A stretch of 64,000 nucleotides of DNA from an uncultured Gammaproteobacteria bacterium (lineage in GTDB: Bacteria > Pseudomonadota > Gammaproteobacteria > CAWCPV01), in contig CAWCPV010000003.1 of assembly GCA_963797555.1 (NCBI GenBank), positions 800,001 to 864,000 of the forward strand. The letters run 5' to 3'. Position numbers and translations under genes: made by a program. Each line of letters opens with the position of its first letter. The stretch's first letter is position 1. The notes under the pieces are model-generated. The model saw only the letters and a list, made by a program, of their open reading frames with translations. It was not told the DNA's origin and made no database searches. Shown here one piece after another: positions 63,501-64,000 of the stretch.

Positions 63501-64000
63501 GACGTGCGCAACATCACCTACATAGACGGGGCGCTCGTTGCGTATGCCCACCACCAGCCGAGCCACCTCGTCGGCGCTGCGCAGGAAGGAGCCGGTGAAG
63601 ACGATAAAATGGTGGCTACCCAGCTCGATCTTCCCGGCTCGTTTCTCGCTGTTGGCGGTGCGGATGGTGTTGGCGAGCTCGTCCAGACTCATCTGGAAGC
63701 CAGCCAGCCGACGCGGCAGCGCCTCCACTCTGATCTGCTCGGACCGCCCACCCACTATGAAGCCCATGCCCGTATTCGGGACCTCCTCGATGCGCTGCAC
63801 AACATCAAGGGCCAGGGAGCGCAGGGCGGCATCGTCCACGTCCGGCGACCAGAAGGTCAGGGTGACGATCGGCACATCGTCGATGCTCTTCGGCTTCACC
63901 ATGGGCTCCGACACGCCCGGGGGAATCAGATCCAGGTTGGAGGCGAGCTTGTCGTACAGCTTGAGCAGCGAAGGGATCAGCTCCTCCCCCACCTTGTACT
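60561..64000 (-). CDS. RND-family efflux permease (5' end outside window), Ala/Pro-rich C-terminal tail
   Basis: SIGILVDDATVVVEN, GIIVRNSILLVDF, RTRPIIIT. Confidence 0.92.
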   Translation of the reverse strand, partial: YKVGEELIPSLLKLYDKLASNLDLIPPGVSEPMVKPKSIDDVPIVTLTFWSPDVDDAALRSLALDVVQRIEEVPNTGMGFIVGGRSEQIRVEALPRRLAGFQMSLDELANTIRTANSEKRAGKIELGSHHFIVFTGSFLRSADEVARLVVGIRNERPVYVGDVAHVYQGPEETTRLVNYYTGPAGKDAPRADGASAVTLAIAKKKGTNGVTVARDILAMVDSLKGSLIPDNVRVTVTRNYGKTANDKVNELLGDIYLATFGVTIIMLLTMGFRPAMVVCIVIPVVILVTVFSAMFLGFTINRVSLFALVFSIGILVDDATVVVENTYRRWLAGGTSDTATAVDAVREVGNPTIVATFTIVAALIPMAFVPGMMGPYMRPIPILGSAAMTFSLIAAFVFTPWVAARFSPPLHKLADMEVKEKRFHARMKRLYSGILQPLIHRRPLGWAFLITLIVCWFLAVAMFYTQAVVVKILPLDNKAVFNVVVDMPSGTPLAVTANVVRVLTETLYAKIPEITAMQTYVGTASPFDFNGMVRHYYLREEPWEGNIEVQLLDKHERKRSNHKIAVDARRILWPVARQLGVRNISVVEMPPGPPVLQSVVAEVYGPSAEVRRQVARDMTGFFREVPYIADADNYMLDTFDVLHFKVDTEKAVRRGISTDTINRAVEMAMGGYKLGDVKQGEPLEPIFVVVQVPLAERSQIGRLVDLPIPTVAEAPVISQAMVSRTVPLAELGRFVREPIDPIIYHKDLRPVEYVVGDVQGRLGAPIYGMFGVADKLKDYVAPDGVKPSGHYFGAPETSRQSAFSWAGEWTVTVETFTGLGIAFCVALFFIYMIIVGEFSSFLLPAIIMVPIPLTMLGIIPGHWLVGAEFTATSMIGFIALAGIIVRNSILLVDFAKVAVQEQGMDVETAVIRAAEIRTRPIIITAATTALGSSVMLTDPIFQGMAASIMFGMVISTLLTLVVIPLGCISARRAFLPAAEAAPPAPAPAAAPQAAPAPEEKRRLVALRREFFDRRAVDARGLAGPRDQAFEDAVAAPRRPLALGRSGHRASVGERPAPAAPEVPEASQQPSAAASEAQQPLAVQAVHQEGGSTGSPAPAPAEPEQPAAAADALRRTGIQRGPRRRGIRIKAIRGTPHAGGKKDDPI

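Overview
High-GC gammaproteobacterial-looking chromosome segment. The left ~41 kb is mostly an accessory/defence zone around a tRNA Pro-Arg-His-Lys operon, mtnBDC and metH. The right part carries mostly core genes (rnb-like, LysR, osmoprotectant ABC, ptsP, hisG, folD, argS, SPOR, aroG, RND). Main result: a Trypco2-trypsin-MoxR-vWA 'ternary' conflict operon (2502-10692, minus strand) ending in three FGE-sulfatase/C-type-lectin (CLec) domains. Their last ~120 bp differ almost only at codon positions 1-2 of NNC codons, the footprint of diversity-generating retroelement (DGR) mutagenesis. One variable region is internal to the protein, a truncated HRDC-type accessory gene sits between the targets, and I saw no template repeat or DGR reverse transcriptase in the window. 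Other signals: two decayed integron-type cassettes (HEPN and PD-(D/E)XK genes), a TIR-CHAT-STAND-TPR gene with a ~550 bp internal inversion, a REP-RAYT-REP unit replacing a toxin gene, a collapsed convergent R-M pair, and IS1182, IS66, ISL3, IS110 and group II intron remnants. Many single-base frameshifts, including in housekeeping genes, suggest sequencing indels, so frameshift-based pseudogene calls are provisional. Family assignments are from recalled motifs, not database searches.
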